A stretch of 64,000 nt of DNA from a virus (taxonomy: Duplodnaviria; Caudoviricetes). The first letter of the stretch is position 1. Each line of letters begins with the position of its first letter. A model generated the notes under the pieces. That model made no database searches, had not been told where the DNA came from, and saw only the letters and a list, made by a program, of their open reading frames with translations. Positions 17,649 to 26,781 of the stretch are shown one piece after another. A program made the position numbers and the translations under genes. Where the stretch lies: positions 32,001 through 96,000 of the IMG/VR virus record IMGVR_UViG_3300038968_000070. One strand, written 5' to 3'.

Positions 17649-18086
17649 GCTTCATCGAGGGCGTCTTCGTCGGCGTCGTGCTCACCACCGCCATCGCCGG
17701 CGTGATCGCGTCGACCTGGAACCGTCGTCGCTAGGGCCGCGGGCACCCGCGCTCGGGGCTCCACGCCCACGCGATGAGCACGAGGTGCCGGCGCGTCGGG
17801 CGGCCGTGGCGATCACGGCGCGGCTCGCGGCCGCGTCGCCGCTGCGCCTTGCCGGCGCATCGCCGGCTCGGGCTGCGCGATGCAGCTCGGGTTGAGGTAG
17901 CGTCGCGTCACACCCGCACCGCGTTCGCGCGCGAGATGTTGCGGCCGGAGAGGATGCACCGGTTGCGCGGGTGGTCCCACGTCCCGCCGCACATGACGTG
18001 CGCGGCGCCGCACCCGACGTGGTCGAGGGCCATGACGAGCGACGCGAAGCAGCGACGACACCGCCACCGGTCGGCGGCGACGGTGC

Positions 18087-18233
18087 TCACCGCCGACGGC
18101 GCCGCTTGGCGCCGGCCAGCGGGCCGCACGCCTTCAGGTAGTTCACGAGGGCCTGCGGGCCCTTGTCATGCGCGCGGCGGTACGCCTTGGCGCTGCACTT
18201 GGTGCGGGAACGGAAGCGGCGGCGGTAGCCCAT
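18087..18233 (-). CDS. small Arg-rich basic protein
   Basis: MGYRRRFRSR...PLAGAKRRRRR. Confidence 0.6.
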   Translation of the reverse strand: MGYRRRFRSRTKCSAKAYRRAHDKGPQALVNYLKACGPLAGAKRRRRR

Positions 18234-18237
18234 GTCA

Positions 18238-18648
18238 CTACCGTACCACGCGGCGCCGCGCGCGTGCGCGCCCGATCGCTCGCTTCTTCGGTCGCTTCCT
18301 GTAGTGCCGCTCGCGAGCGCTGTCAGTCTTGTCGATGCGCGCCTCAGCGGCTTGTCGTTCATGCTGTAGTAACGTGATACCGCACTTGTCGAGACGGTGA
18401 AGATGCGCGTTGTACTCCATGTTCGGCAGCACCCCGTCGATCTCCGCCGCGGTCTTCCACTCAGGCGCCCATACGCGCATCGGCACCTTGGTAGCCTTGT
18501 AGCGAACGGCTTCGTGCCCGATTTGCTGCCACCGCTGACCGATGCGCAGGTTGTTGGAAGCCTCACCGCAGGTCTTCGCCCGCACCGCGCGCTCGAACGC
18601 GCGCTGCGCTGTACGGAGCGCCTTGAGAACGTCGGCGACGGGTGACAT
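18238..18648 (-). CDS. basic hypothetical protein
   Basis: Arg/Lys tail ...AIGRARARRRVVR. Confidence 0.55.
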   Translation of the reverse strand: MSPVADVLKALRTAQRAFERAVRAKTCGEASNNLRIGQRWQQIGHEAVRYKATKVPMRVWAPEWKTAAEIDGVLPNMEYNAHLHRLDKCGITLLQHERQAAEARIDKTDSARERHYRKRPKKRAIGRARARRRVVR

Positions 18649-18667
18649 GCGATCAAAGTCTACCAGG

Positions 18668-18690
18668 CTGACGGACCCATGCGCTAGACT
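18668..18690 (+). promoter_or_regulatory. phage promoter box
   Basis: CTGACGGACC-CATGCG-C-TAGACT. Confidence 0.55.
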
Positions 18691-18701
18691 CGCCGTCGAC
18701 C

Positions 18702-18881
18702 ATGAAGCGCGTCGAGACCACCAGTCGCATGTCTCACAGTCGCAAGCGCGGCGAGACGCCGTCGGGCGTCTCGAAGGTCAACGGGTGGTTGAAGCAACGG
18801 GTCGCGCGGCTGCGCCGGCGAATGGAACGGCGCGACGTCGAGGACGTGCCGACGCGGTTCACGCGGGGCTGGGCGGACTAG
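18702..18881 (+). CDS. small basic protein (59 aa, below ORF-track cutoff)
   Basis: ATG 11 nt after promoter box; MKRVETTSRMSHSRKRG...RGWAD. Confidence 0.5.
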   Translation: MKRVETTSRMSHSRKRGETPSGVSKVNGWLKQRVARLRRRMERRDVEDVPTRFTRGWAD

Positions 18882-19201
18882 CGCGCGTTCCACGCGGCGC
18901 GACGCTTGCGCTGTTGCTTCCAGCGCAGGTGGTCGACCTTGCACGTCGCCTGACGGAGTCGCCCGGCCGGGATCTCACGCCCGCCGAAGTCGATGAAGAT
19001 GCGATGCTTGGCGGTCTTGTAGCCCTTGCCGCCCTTGACGCCGCGCTTGACGATCACCTTCCAGCCGTCGACCTTGAAGACGCCGTGGACCGACGCCGGG
19101 ATCTTCGAGCCCTCGAAGCCGAGAGCTTGCCGGATGCGGCCGGTCGCGGTGTACTGCCACTTGCACGGGTTGGTCGGCAACGGCGGGTACTTGTAGCTCA
19201 T
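18878..19201 (-). CDS. basic hypothetical protein
   Basis: AAG-rich codon usage; KHRIF...EIPAGRLRQ. Confidence 0.6.
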   Translation of the reverse strand: MSYKYPPLPTNPCKWQYTATGRIRQALGFEGSKIPASVHGVFKVDGWKVIVKRGVKGGKGYKTAKHRIFIDFGGREIPAGRLRQATCKVDHLRWKQQRKRRAAWNAR

Positions 19202-19268
19202 GCCGTCGAGCCTACAGCGGCGAGGTCGTCGACACCAGGACGTAGCAGGTCGTGTCGTCAGGCGACGT

Positions 19269-19466
19269 TCAGCGTCGTCGGCACGCCGACGCGGCGGCGG
19301 CGAATCGCGCCGCGTCGAACCGTGGGTTCTGCCGCGCGAAGTGATTGGCCACGCCGTGGATCAGCTCCGACGACGCGCGGTGGTTGCAGAGCAGGTCGGC
19401 GAGCGCGACGAAGTCCTGCTTCGTCGGCGCGCCGAGGGTTCGCGACTTGCGCTTACGCTTCGCCAT
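19269..19466 (-). CDS. small basic protein
   Basis: GAGG SD; MAKRKRKSRTLGAPTKQDF...NPRFDAARF. Confidence 0.6.
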   Translation of the reverse strand: MAKRKRKSRTLGAPTKQDFVALADLLCNHRASSELIHGVANHFARQNPRFDAARFAAAASACRRR

Positions 19467-19476
19467 GGTGTTCCTC

Positions 19477-19728
19477 TCAGCGCTTGAACTTGATACCGGG
19501 GCAGTCCGCCCGGAGCTGCCGCTTCGCGTCGGCGCGGTCGCGTGCGCGGAGGAACGTGCCCCAATGCGTCTCCGAGTCGACCTCGTAGACCGGCGCGCCG
19601 ACGCCGAAATACTTGCCGCTGTCGCGGCTGTAGCCGCCGGCATCGAGGTAGACGCGCCGGAGCGAGACCGGTGCCGTCGGGCACTTGTACCGCGGGATGA
19701 CGGCACCGAGGCGCCTGCGCTTCGCCAC
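19477..19728 (-). CDS. small basic protein
   Basis: MAKRRRLGAV...LRRVYLDAGGY...YFG. Confidence 0.6.
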   Translation of the reverse strand: MAKRRRLGAVIPRYKCPTAPVSLRRVYLDAGGYSRDSGKYFGVGAPVYEVDSETHWGTFLRARDRADAKRQLRADCPGIKFKR

Positions 19729-19731
19729 CGA

Positions 19732-20040
19732 TCAGCCCTCGATGTTGCGCTTGGCGAACCAGACGCCGGCGGCGACGCCGACGATCGCCCCGAGCACGCG
19801 GGCGATGCCCGCGGCGCCGGGCACCAGGGGTGCCTGCAACCCGGACAAGCCGGGCTGCGTCATGAAGCCGGCCGCGCTGCCGACGGGCGTGAACTGCCCG
19901 TCGAAGCTCTGCTCGGGGCTCCACCCGAACGCGGAGAAGCCGCCCCCGCCCGACGGGTACGTCGGGTAGTAGCGGATCTTCTGGTTCGGGTTCTGGGGCG
20001 CCTGGTGACGATCCTGGCGCCACCGCGTGGCGGACACCAT
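19732..20040 (-). CDS. small membrane-anchored protein
   Basis: AAGGAG SD; GLSGL motif; C-terminal TM. Confidence 0.6.
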   Translation of the reverse strand: MVSATRWRQDRHQAPQNPNQKIRYYPTYPSGGGGFSAFGWSPEQSFDGQFTPVGSAAGFMTQPGLSGLQAPLVPGAAGIARVLGAIVGVAAGVWFAKRNIEG

Positions 20041-20104
20041 GAGGGTCTCCTTGCGCCGTGGGTCGTTGTCGAGCTACACCGCGAACGCGTCGGTCAGGAC
20101 GCGA

Positions 20105-20236
20105 TCAGCGACGGCGGCGGCGGCGACGGATGCACTTGCCGCGCTTGCCCATCTTCCAGCCGGGGCCGCAGCCACCGGAACCGAGACGACGGCGACGACG
20201 CCGACGGGAACGACCGAGGAGATTGATCTTCGCCAT
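20105..20236 (-). CDS. protamine-like Arg-rich microprotein (43 aa)
   Basis: MAKINLLGRSRRRRRRRLGSGGCGPGWKMGKRGKCIRRRRRRR. Confidence 0.55.
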   Translation of the reverse strand: MAKINLLGRSRRRRRRRLGSGGCGPGWKMGKRGKCIRRRRRRR

Positions 20237-20486
20237 GGTTCGAGGATCGCATGACCGATCCGGGGCGTCAAGGGGTTAGCGCCGTGCGCGCCCGGCACGC
20301 CGCCGACGACCGTAACCGGGCCCCGTCCGCGTGTTCGCCTGGTACTCGTCGGCGAGCCTGCGCAGCTTGCACGCAGCGCACGCTGCCGTGCCTTCACAGC
20401 CAGCTGCGTCGAGCACGGCGTCGATCGCCTCGAAGAGCTGCCCACGCAGGGTGTTCAGCTTGCGCGCGCGGCGTCGCTTGCGGTCT

Positions 20487-21494
20487 TCAGTCGTCAACAT
20501 CGTCCTCATCCGGCGGCGGAACGTCGTCACGCATCGGCGGCCACGTCTCCATCGACACGCCGTCGGCCATCGCTTCGAGCGCCTTCGCCGTCACCTCCGC
20601 GGTCTCGCGGATCGTCTTCGCGGCCTTGCGCAGCTTCGCGGCCTGCTTCACCTTCGCCACGTTCCATTCGGCGGCGGTGTCATCGTCGACCGGTTGTGCC
20701 ATCGCCGCACCGACCGTGGCGATCTTGGCGCCCTCGGCCGTCAGCTGCGCGCGCACCGTCGCTTTCGCCATGTCTGCGTTGGCGTCCTTCACGGCGGCCC
20801 ACAGATCGGTAGCGGGCGCGCCGACGAGGATCGGGTACTGTTGCATCCGGCGGCGCTGCATCGAGTAGTCGCCGCCGTAGCTCCCGTACGTCCCTTCGGC
20901 GGCGCTGTGAAACGCGTACGAGACGTCGAAGCCCGCGGTTGTCTTGTGCAGGATGACGTCCACGGGGATCGTGACGAGCGCGAAGACGCGTTTGTCGCCG
21001 GGCCGCTTACGCGACATGAACGGGCGCTCCTGCCACCGTTCGAGCCCGTGCGCACCCGATTCGACGACGGCTTGCACGTCCCGCGTGAGTTGATGGAGCA
21101 GCGGCGCGACCTCGACCAGCCGTTGACGCAGCGCCTCGGCTTGTTCGATCCGGTTCGGTGCGTCGACGACCTTGCGGTCAATCACGGGCGTCGGCGCGCA
21201 GTGATCCGTGCGCGCCTTCGCCCACGCGATGTAATCCGGGACGAGCAACCGGCGCACGGCAGTGGCGAGGTCACGACCGACGCGCCCCGCGTATTCGAGA
21301 TCCATTTGCTTGCGCCGTCGCTCCGCGGCGTCATCAGGCCCACCACGAAGCCGCCCGTCTATCGGCTCCACCGGCAACCGTTCGAGCTGCGCGACGATGT
21401 CGAGCACGCTCTTGAGCTGCGGGGCGTCGGTGGCAACCGCGGCGAGGTCGGACTCCGCCAACGGCGTCGTGCGACGCTTCGTCTTTGACTTCAT
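20487..21494 (-). CDS. hypothetical protein (335 aa)
   Basis: Long ORF co-oriented with the replication block. Confidence 0.7.
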   Translation of the reverse strand: MKSKTKRRTTPLAESDLAAVATDAPQLKSVLDIVAQLERLPVEPIDGRLRGGPDDAAERRRKQMDLEYAGRVGRDLATAVRRLLVPDYIAWAKARTDHCAPTPVIDRKVVDAPNRIEQAEALRQRLVEVAPLLHQLTRDVQAVVESGAHGLERWQERPFMSRKRPGDKRVFALVTIPVDVILHKTTAGFDVSYAFHSAAEGTYGSYGGDYSMQRRRMQQYPILVGAPATDLWAAVKDANADMAKATVRAQLTAEGAKIATVGAAMAQPVDDDTAAEWNVAKVKQAAKLRKAAKTIRETAEVTAKALEAMADGVSMETWPPMRDDVPPPDEDDVDD

Positions 21495-21507
21495 CGTCGT
21501 CCGCTCT

Positions 21508-22479
21508 CTACAGCGCGTTGCGGTTGTTCGACGCCCACGGCGGCGCCGGCAGGAGCGCCTTCTTGCCCGTCTTCTCTTCGAGGCGCGCGGCGAAGATGCG
21601 CTTGATGCGGTTGTAACAGGGCGACCGGTCGGTCTCGCGCAGCGAGCGCCCGGTCAACCACGTGAGGTAGTGCGGGTCGGCCGAGAGCGCCATGAGCAGC
21701 TCGGTGAAGGTGTCCTTCGTGATCTTGAGCGTCTTCGCCGAGTACGGCGTGACGACGAGCCGCCGGTAGAGCCACATGCAGAGCGTCATGTTGAGGTTGA
21801 GCCACAGCCGGTGGTACTCGGCGTCGCGCCCCCACGCAGCCATCGCCAGCTCCAGAAACTCGATCATGCGATCGGCCTCGTCGGTGGTGAACGACTGCGC
21901 GATGCGCAGGGCCGAGTCACCGCCGGCCTTCGGCGTGTCGGGGGCCGAGCCGATCCAGCACCGGAGCGCGGCACTCATCGACATGACCGGCGACTTGTCG
22001 CCGCGGCGGATCTGATCGTAGCCGAGGAACGGGCAGTGCCGGCGCAGCTTCGAGAGCGCGGGGTTCGACTTTTCGAGCCCGCGGAGGACGTCGTCGGGCT
22101 TGAGCGCGACCATGTGGCTGTTGAGCCGGACGAACTCCTCGCCCATCTCCGCCATCGAGTCGAAGTGGAGCACGCGGACGTCGCAGTAGCCGGTGAGGCA
22201 CTCGCTGATGAAGAACGCCTCGCGCCGGTGCTGACCGTCGATCAGGTATTGCTGCTTGTCGAGCACGCCGATGACGATCACGCCGGGGATGACGCCGCCC
22301 GACTCGCGGATCTCGTTGGCGCACTCGCGGACCTTGTCGTTGATCTTGAGCGGGCGCTGGAACGGCGGGTCCTTCAACGCCTTCAGTCGGTTGATCGAGA
22401 CCTCCCACGTGTCCGTGGTCGTGCGTGTGGTCTTCTCGGCTTCGGTAGACGGCTTGACGAGCTTGAGGTGTTCGGTCAC
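21508..22479 (-). CDS. DGQHR/ParB-Srx-fold protein
   Basis: FQRPL...YLIDGQHR...FVRLN. Confidence 0.75.
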   Translation of the reverse strand: MTEHLKLVKPSTEAEKTTRTTTDTWEVSINRLKALKDPPFQRPLKINDKVRECANEIRESGGVIPGVIVIGVLDKQQYLIDGQHRREAFFISECLTGYCDVRVLHFDSMAEMGEEFVRLNSHMVALKPDDVLRGLEKSNPALSKLRRHCPFLGYDQIRRGDKSPVMSMSAALRCWIGSAPDTPKAGGDSALRIAQSFTTDEADRMIEFLELAMAAWGRDAEYHRLWLNLNMTLCMWLYRRLVVTPYSAKTLKITKDTFTELLMALSADPHYLTWLTGRSLRETDRSPCYNRIKRIFAARLEEKTGKKALLPAPPWASNNRNAL

Positions 22480-22738
22480 GGCTTATTTCCTTCGTTGACG
22501 ACGCGCGCCTTCGGGACCGCCGACTCCGGCGCAGCTGGCGCGAAGCCGCGCTGGTACGCCCAGAAGAGGAGCAGCGCCGCCCAGCCGATCGGCCAGACCG
22601 CGTTGCAGATGACGACGCGATCCGGCAGGTTGAGCGTGTCGCAGCCGTACCGCGCCGTCGCGCGTCGGTTGAGCACACCCGCGACGTAGACCCAGCCCAT
22701 CGCGAGGGCGACGAGCACCAGCACGGTCACGATCGCGA

Positions 22739-23086
22739 TCACGCGCGCGTCTCCTTCAGGTGCTTCCGGGCGGACCACAGGAGCGCACCGATCGTTGCGA
22801 CCGACGCCGCCAGGGTGACGCCCAGCTTCACAGGACCGCCGAAAAAGTGGAGGAGGTCGGCGATCACTGCGCCGAACCACAGCCCCGACAGACGCGCCCA
22901 GAACCGCGACCGCTTGTGAAGCGCGATGAGACGTTCGAGCGCCACGATCCGATCGGCGACGTCTGTCGACGTCGCGTACGCGCGCCGGGCGCCGGCATGA
23001 CTCGTCAGGTCGATGACGTCCATCGCCCACTCCAATATTGGAAACGCATGTTCACCGTACGTAACCCCGATCGCGGGCCACGTCAA
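22739..23086 (-). CDS. two-TM membrane protein
   Basis: Two hydrophobic helices at C-terminus; start uncertain. Confidence 0.45.
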   Translation of the reverse strand: MTWPAIGVTYGEHAFPILEWAMDVIDLTSHAGARRAYATSTDVADRIVALERLIALHKRSRFWARLSGLWFGAVIADLLHFFGGPVKLGVTLAASVATIGALLWSARKHLKETRA

Positions 23087-23152
23087 GCGAAGATCGAGAT
23101 CGTCCCACCACTCGGCGATTCTAGCCTGCGAGTCCGACAGGCGGACGGGGCG

Positions 23153-23578
23153 TCAGCGCGGGGCATCCGGCGCGAGCCGATTCAGGAAGGCTTTCACGTG
23201 CGGAAACACGAGGTAAGTGCTCGGGACGCAAGGCAACCACTCGACGGCGTGGAGCGGTGAGACCCAGCGCAGATCGACCACCGAATCGCTCACCGCCGGC
23301 ACGAGATCCCCGAGGATCACGTGGTAGAGCGAGATCACCACGGGCGACTCCAGATCGAACGTCACCCGCGCGATCCGCCGCCCGACACGAGGGCTGATGC
23401 CCAGCTCCTCTTGCCACTCACGCCGGAGCGCGACCTCGTCGCCTTCGGCGCGCTCGACCTTGCCGCCGGGGTACTCCCACATGTTCGGGCGACGCTTGTC
23501 GGGCGGTCGCAGCCCCATGAGGGTATTACCGTCCTTGTCGACGGCGATACCTGACACGACGCGTAGGCGTTGGATCAT
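23153..23578 (-). CDS. NUDIX hydrolase (MutT-like)
   Basis: WEYPGGKVE..E....ALRREWQEELG Nudix box. Confidence 0.9.
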   Translation of the reverse strand: MIQRLRVVSGIAVDKDGNTLMGLRPPDKRRPNMWEYPGGKVERAEGDEVALRREWQEELGISPRVGRRIARVTFDLESPVVISLYHVILGDLVPAVSDSVVDLRWVSPLHAVEWLPCVPSTYLVFPHVKAFLNRLAPDAPR

Positions 23579-23937
23579 TCGCGAGGGCCTTTCTCGTCAG
23601 CACGGTCGGCCAACTCCGCGAGCACGTCACCGTGACATGGAAGCGGCGCGCAACAGCACCCGAGGATGCGGCCGCGGATCTCGGGGAGCCGCGCGAGCAG
23701 ACGCGGCTGGTTCAAGATCCACTTGCGGTACGCCGCGATCACGTCGTGTCGGTCGCCGTCGACGCCGATGCGAAATGGGTTGCCCCAGATCGACCCGCGC
23801 ATGATGTTGACGTGGAATGCGTGTCGACGCTTGTCGACGACGCGCGTGATGCACGGACGCACGACGTCCGCAGCGTCGAAGCCGCAGACGACGCACGTAT
23901 CGCCATCGAACGTGTGGGTTTCGAGGTCGGTGATCAT
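23575..23937 (-). CDS. DUF4326 protein
   Basis: RGSIWGNPF...LGCCCAPLPCHGDVL. Confidence 0.85.
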   Translation of the reverse strand: MITDLETHTFDGDTCVVCGFDAADVVRPCITRVVDKRRHAFHVNIMRGSIWGNPFRIGVDGDRHDVIAAYRKWILNQPRLLARLPEIRGRILGCCCAPLPCHGDVLAELADRADEKGPRE

Positions 23938-23981
23938 CGTGTCACTCGCCGTCGTCGAGATGAATGAGATCGCTCACAGGA

Positions 23982-24854
23982 TCATTCACCTCCACCCGGC
24001 GCCGGCGGTGGCGGAAAGTTCGCCGCGGCCCACGCGAGCAACGCTTCGGCGCGCATCGAGCTGGCCTTCTGGCAGAGCAGCTTCACATGCGGCGGGAAGT
24101 CCTGCTTCTGCATCCACTTCAGGTAACCGCCGGCGGTGGCGGCGATCACCGGCAACGGCGTGTCCTTGTGCTTGCCGAACGTCATGACGATCGTCGGCGG
24201 CGCGCCGGGCCCGTTCGTCCAGACCCACTTGAAGTGGTTGGAGCCGCCGAGCCATGTCTTGCGGTCAGGGTCGCAGAGATCGGCGATCTCGCCCCAATCC
24301 TTGCCTTGGAGCTGGAACGCGTCGATCATACCGAGCGCGACGCGACCCGTCGCGGCGATGTCGGCGACGGCGCTGTGCGCGTTGTCGAAGTCGCCGCCGG
24401 CGAAGCGGCGATGCGCCTCGGCGAGACCGCGCGGCTCGTGACGTTGCCACAAGCGGTACGGGTCGACGATGTACTTCTTCGAGAAGTCGGGCGCCGGCGC
24501 GTTGATGCGCTGGAACTCGGCGGCGAGCATCTCCAGGTCGAAGGCGATGTTGTAGCCGATGAGGACGACGGCTTCGTCGAGGAGGTCGGCGATGCGATGC
24601 GCGAGCGCCTTGAAGGGCGGCGCCTTGTCGAGCATCTCCATCGAGATCCCGTGCACCTTCTGTGCGCCGGGGTGGATCGGCGCGTCGGGCTTGAAGCGCC
24701 ACACCGTCGTCGGCGCCGGGATGACGTCGCCCTTGTCGGTGTACGTCTCGAAGCCGTACTGGACCGCCAACTCGATGACCTGATCAGTCGCCTTGTTGGT
24801 GCCCGTCGTCTCGGTGTCGATGACGAGGACGCTGGTGTCGAGATCGTCGTTCAC
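23982..24854 (-). CDS. DEDDh 3'-5' exonuclease (Pol III epsilon-like)
   Basis: IDTETTG, GYNIAFD, AHSAVAD; C-terminal MTFGKHK..YLKWM. Confidence 0.9.
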   Translation of the reverse strand: MNDDLDTSVLVIDTETTGTNKATDQVIELAVQYGFETYTDKGDVIPAPTTVWRFKPDAPIHPGAQKVHGISMEMLDKAPPFKALAHRIADLLDEAVVLIGYNIAFDLEMLAAEFQRINAPAPDFSKKYIVDPYRLWQRHEPRGLAEAHRRFAGGDFDNAHSAVADIAATGRVALGMIDAFQLQGKDWGEIADLCDPDRKTWLGGSNHFKWVWTNGPGAPPTIVMTFGKHKDTPLPVIAATAGGYLKWMQKQDFPPHVKLLCQKASSMRAEALLAWAAANFPPPPAPGGGE

Positions 24855-24945
24855 GGCTGCTTGAACCCGAGAAGGAAACGCACACCAACCGTGTTGACGA
24901 TCGCGGGACGCCACACCTCGCCGCAGAAGCCGTCGTCCATGTCGC

Positions 24946-25236
24946 TCATGACGTCACCGACGGCTGTGCCGCCATCGCGAGCAAGCCCTGCGTGTCGTCA
25001 TACAGGAACGCCACACCGAAGTTTTCACGCGTGACGGCGTTGACCGCGGCGAGCGGCGCGCCCTTCACGCTGTTCGTGGTGCCGCCGACCATGTAGAACG
25101 TCATCAAGAACGTCGTCACGGGCTTACCCTCGACGCGCTCGGGGGTGACGGTGAACGTCGTGACCTGCGACGGAATGACGACGGTCACACCGTTGGGGTC
25201 GTTGCCACCGCCCATGGCGATGAACTCCTTCGACAT
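24946..25236 (-). CDS. hypothetical protein
   Basis: GAGGAG SD, TGATG coupling. Confidence 0.55.
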   Translation of the reverse strand: MSKEFIAMGGGNDPNGVTVVIPSQVTTFTVTPERVEGKPVTTFLMTFYMVGGTTNSVKGAPLAAVNAVTRENFGVAFLYDDTQGLLAMAAQPSVTS

Positions 25237-25877
25237 CAGCTTGCTCTCCTCGGGATCCACCGCATCGCCTTGACGATGTTGATGACCTCGTTCCAGTCGT
25301 TCGTGCGCAGGCCAGACCAGTCCGGCCGCGCGAAGTCGTCGGCGTTGACCGCATCGGGGTAAACCGGCTTCGGCTTGACCGCGTCGGCGTTGTACGGCTG
25401 CGCCCACAAGATACCCACACCCTGTGGATGCGCGCGCTGCCAGTTGATCACGTGCTCGGGCTTGTCGTCGACGAAGACGTCGCCCTTGACGAGATGCTTC
25501 GCTTCGGTGTGGACGATCTCCTTGCGCGTGAAGCCGCAGTGCTCGACGAGCCACGCGTCGCGCTCCATCACCCACGGCATCGAATTGAACGGCGACGTGA
25601 GCGGGTGGACGACGGCGTGTTCGCGCAGACGGATCACGGCGTCGGGCGCGAACGGGTACGGCGGGAGCGCGGCGCACCACCCCGGCTGCTTCCACGCGTG
25701 GGTCAACTTCGCCATCTGATCGGCGTCGAGGTTGAAGCACGTCTCGAAGTGCCAGTTGACGATGTCGTCGTGCGTGCCGGCGATGCCGAAGAGGTCTTTC
25801 AGCGACTTGAGCGCGCCGGCGATGAAGTTCGCGAGGACGCCGTCGCAGTCGAGGAGGACGGTGGGCTTATTAGTCAT
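25236..25877 (-). CDS. HAD 5'(3')-deoxyribonucleotidase (NT5C-like)
   Basis: LLDCDGVLANF, LTSP, FVDDKP. Confidence 0.85.
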   Translation of the reverse strand: MTNKPTVLLDCDGVLANFIAGALKSLKDLFGIAGTHDDIVNWHFETCFNLDADQMAKLTHAWKQPGWCAALPPYPFAPDAVIRLREHAVVHPLTSPFNSMPWVMERDAWLVEHCGFTRKEIVHTEAKHLVKGDVFVDDKPEHVINWQRAHPQGVGILWAQPYNADAVKPKPVYPDAVNADDFARPDWSGLRTNDWNEVINIVKAMRWIPRRAS

Positions 25878-26204
25878 CGTAGCTCCTCTGATGCTCCTTC
25901 TGCGTCCACAACGTTGACGAGCCGGGCCAGTTACAACGCGCGTCGCAGATCGTGCAGCGCACGCCTTTCTTCCACGCCTGTCGCCCGTAGCCGCTGTCCC
26001 ACTCCCAATCGTACTCGACGACGAACTCCGCCGGGTGCGTGCAGTTCTCGACGAGCTTGGCGCGCGCTTTCTCGACGCGGGCGCGGAGCCGCGTGATCTC
26101 GACGTCAGCTTCGGCCTGTAGCTTGAGGAATCGCTTGTGCGCCGCCGTGAGCTTGCCGACGGGCGGCTTGCCATCGTACGGCTGCGGCGCGCCGGCCGAC
26201 GCCT

Positions 26205-26564
26205 TCACGGCTTCCACCCCTTCGGCGGCTTCCAGCCAGCCGCCTTCGCCTGCACCGCCCATTCGGGCCACGGCTTGTTGCTCTTGTCCTTGATCGCGGC
26301 CTTGATCGCGCGCAGCGCGGCGAAGGCGTCCGTGCGCGACTCCCAGCGATAGCCGTCGTGGCCCGCACGTTCGACGCCTGCGGTCTGACCCGCAGTGATC
26401 GTCGCCTTGATGTGTTCCCAATCCGCCGGCTCCGCCTTGGCGAGCTGCGCGGCGGTGTAGGTCGACTCGCCGAGGGTGCCGCCCTGATCCCCCTCGTCGG
26501 GGAAGTACCAACAGATGTAGTACCCAAGACGGTCGGCGTCGACGACAAGCTGTGCGTTGCTCAT
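26205..26564 (-). CDS. hypothetical protein
   Basis: Coupled ORF in operon. Confidence 0.55.
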   Translation of the reverse strand: MSNAQLVVDADRLGYYICWYFPDEGDQGGTLGESTYTAAQLAKAEPADWEHIKATITAGQTAGVERAGHDGYRWESRTDAFAALRAIKAAIKDKSNKPWPEWAVQAKAAGWKPPKGWKP

Positions 26565-26776
26565 GGCGTGTTGTCCTTCGGTCGTTCGTACCCGGCCGCC
26601 ATGAGCGCCACCTCCAGGTCGTCGGCGAATTCAGCGTCGACGGCGCGTCGGCGCTGCGCGTACTCCCACAGGAGATCTTGCGCGGTCGGGTCCTCGACGC
26701 TGAGCGGGACCTTTCCTGGCGGACAGGTCGGGTACTTGTCGCTTTGAAACTTCCCGTTGACGATGTGTGCACCCAT
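26561..26776 (-). CDS. small hypothetical protein
   Basis: MGAHIVNGKFQSDKYP...; coupled stop/start. Confidence 0.55.
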   Translation of the reverse strand: MGAHIVNGKFQSDKYPTCPPGKVPLSVEDPTAQDLLWEYAQRRRAVDAEFADDLEVALMAAGYERPKDNTP

Positions 26777-26781
26777 GGCGA

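Noticed and set aside
21508-22479. Dnd phosphorothioation system
   Set aside because: No dndA/C/D/E-like genes in the window.
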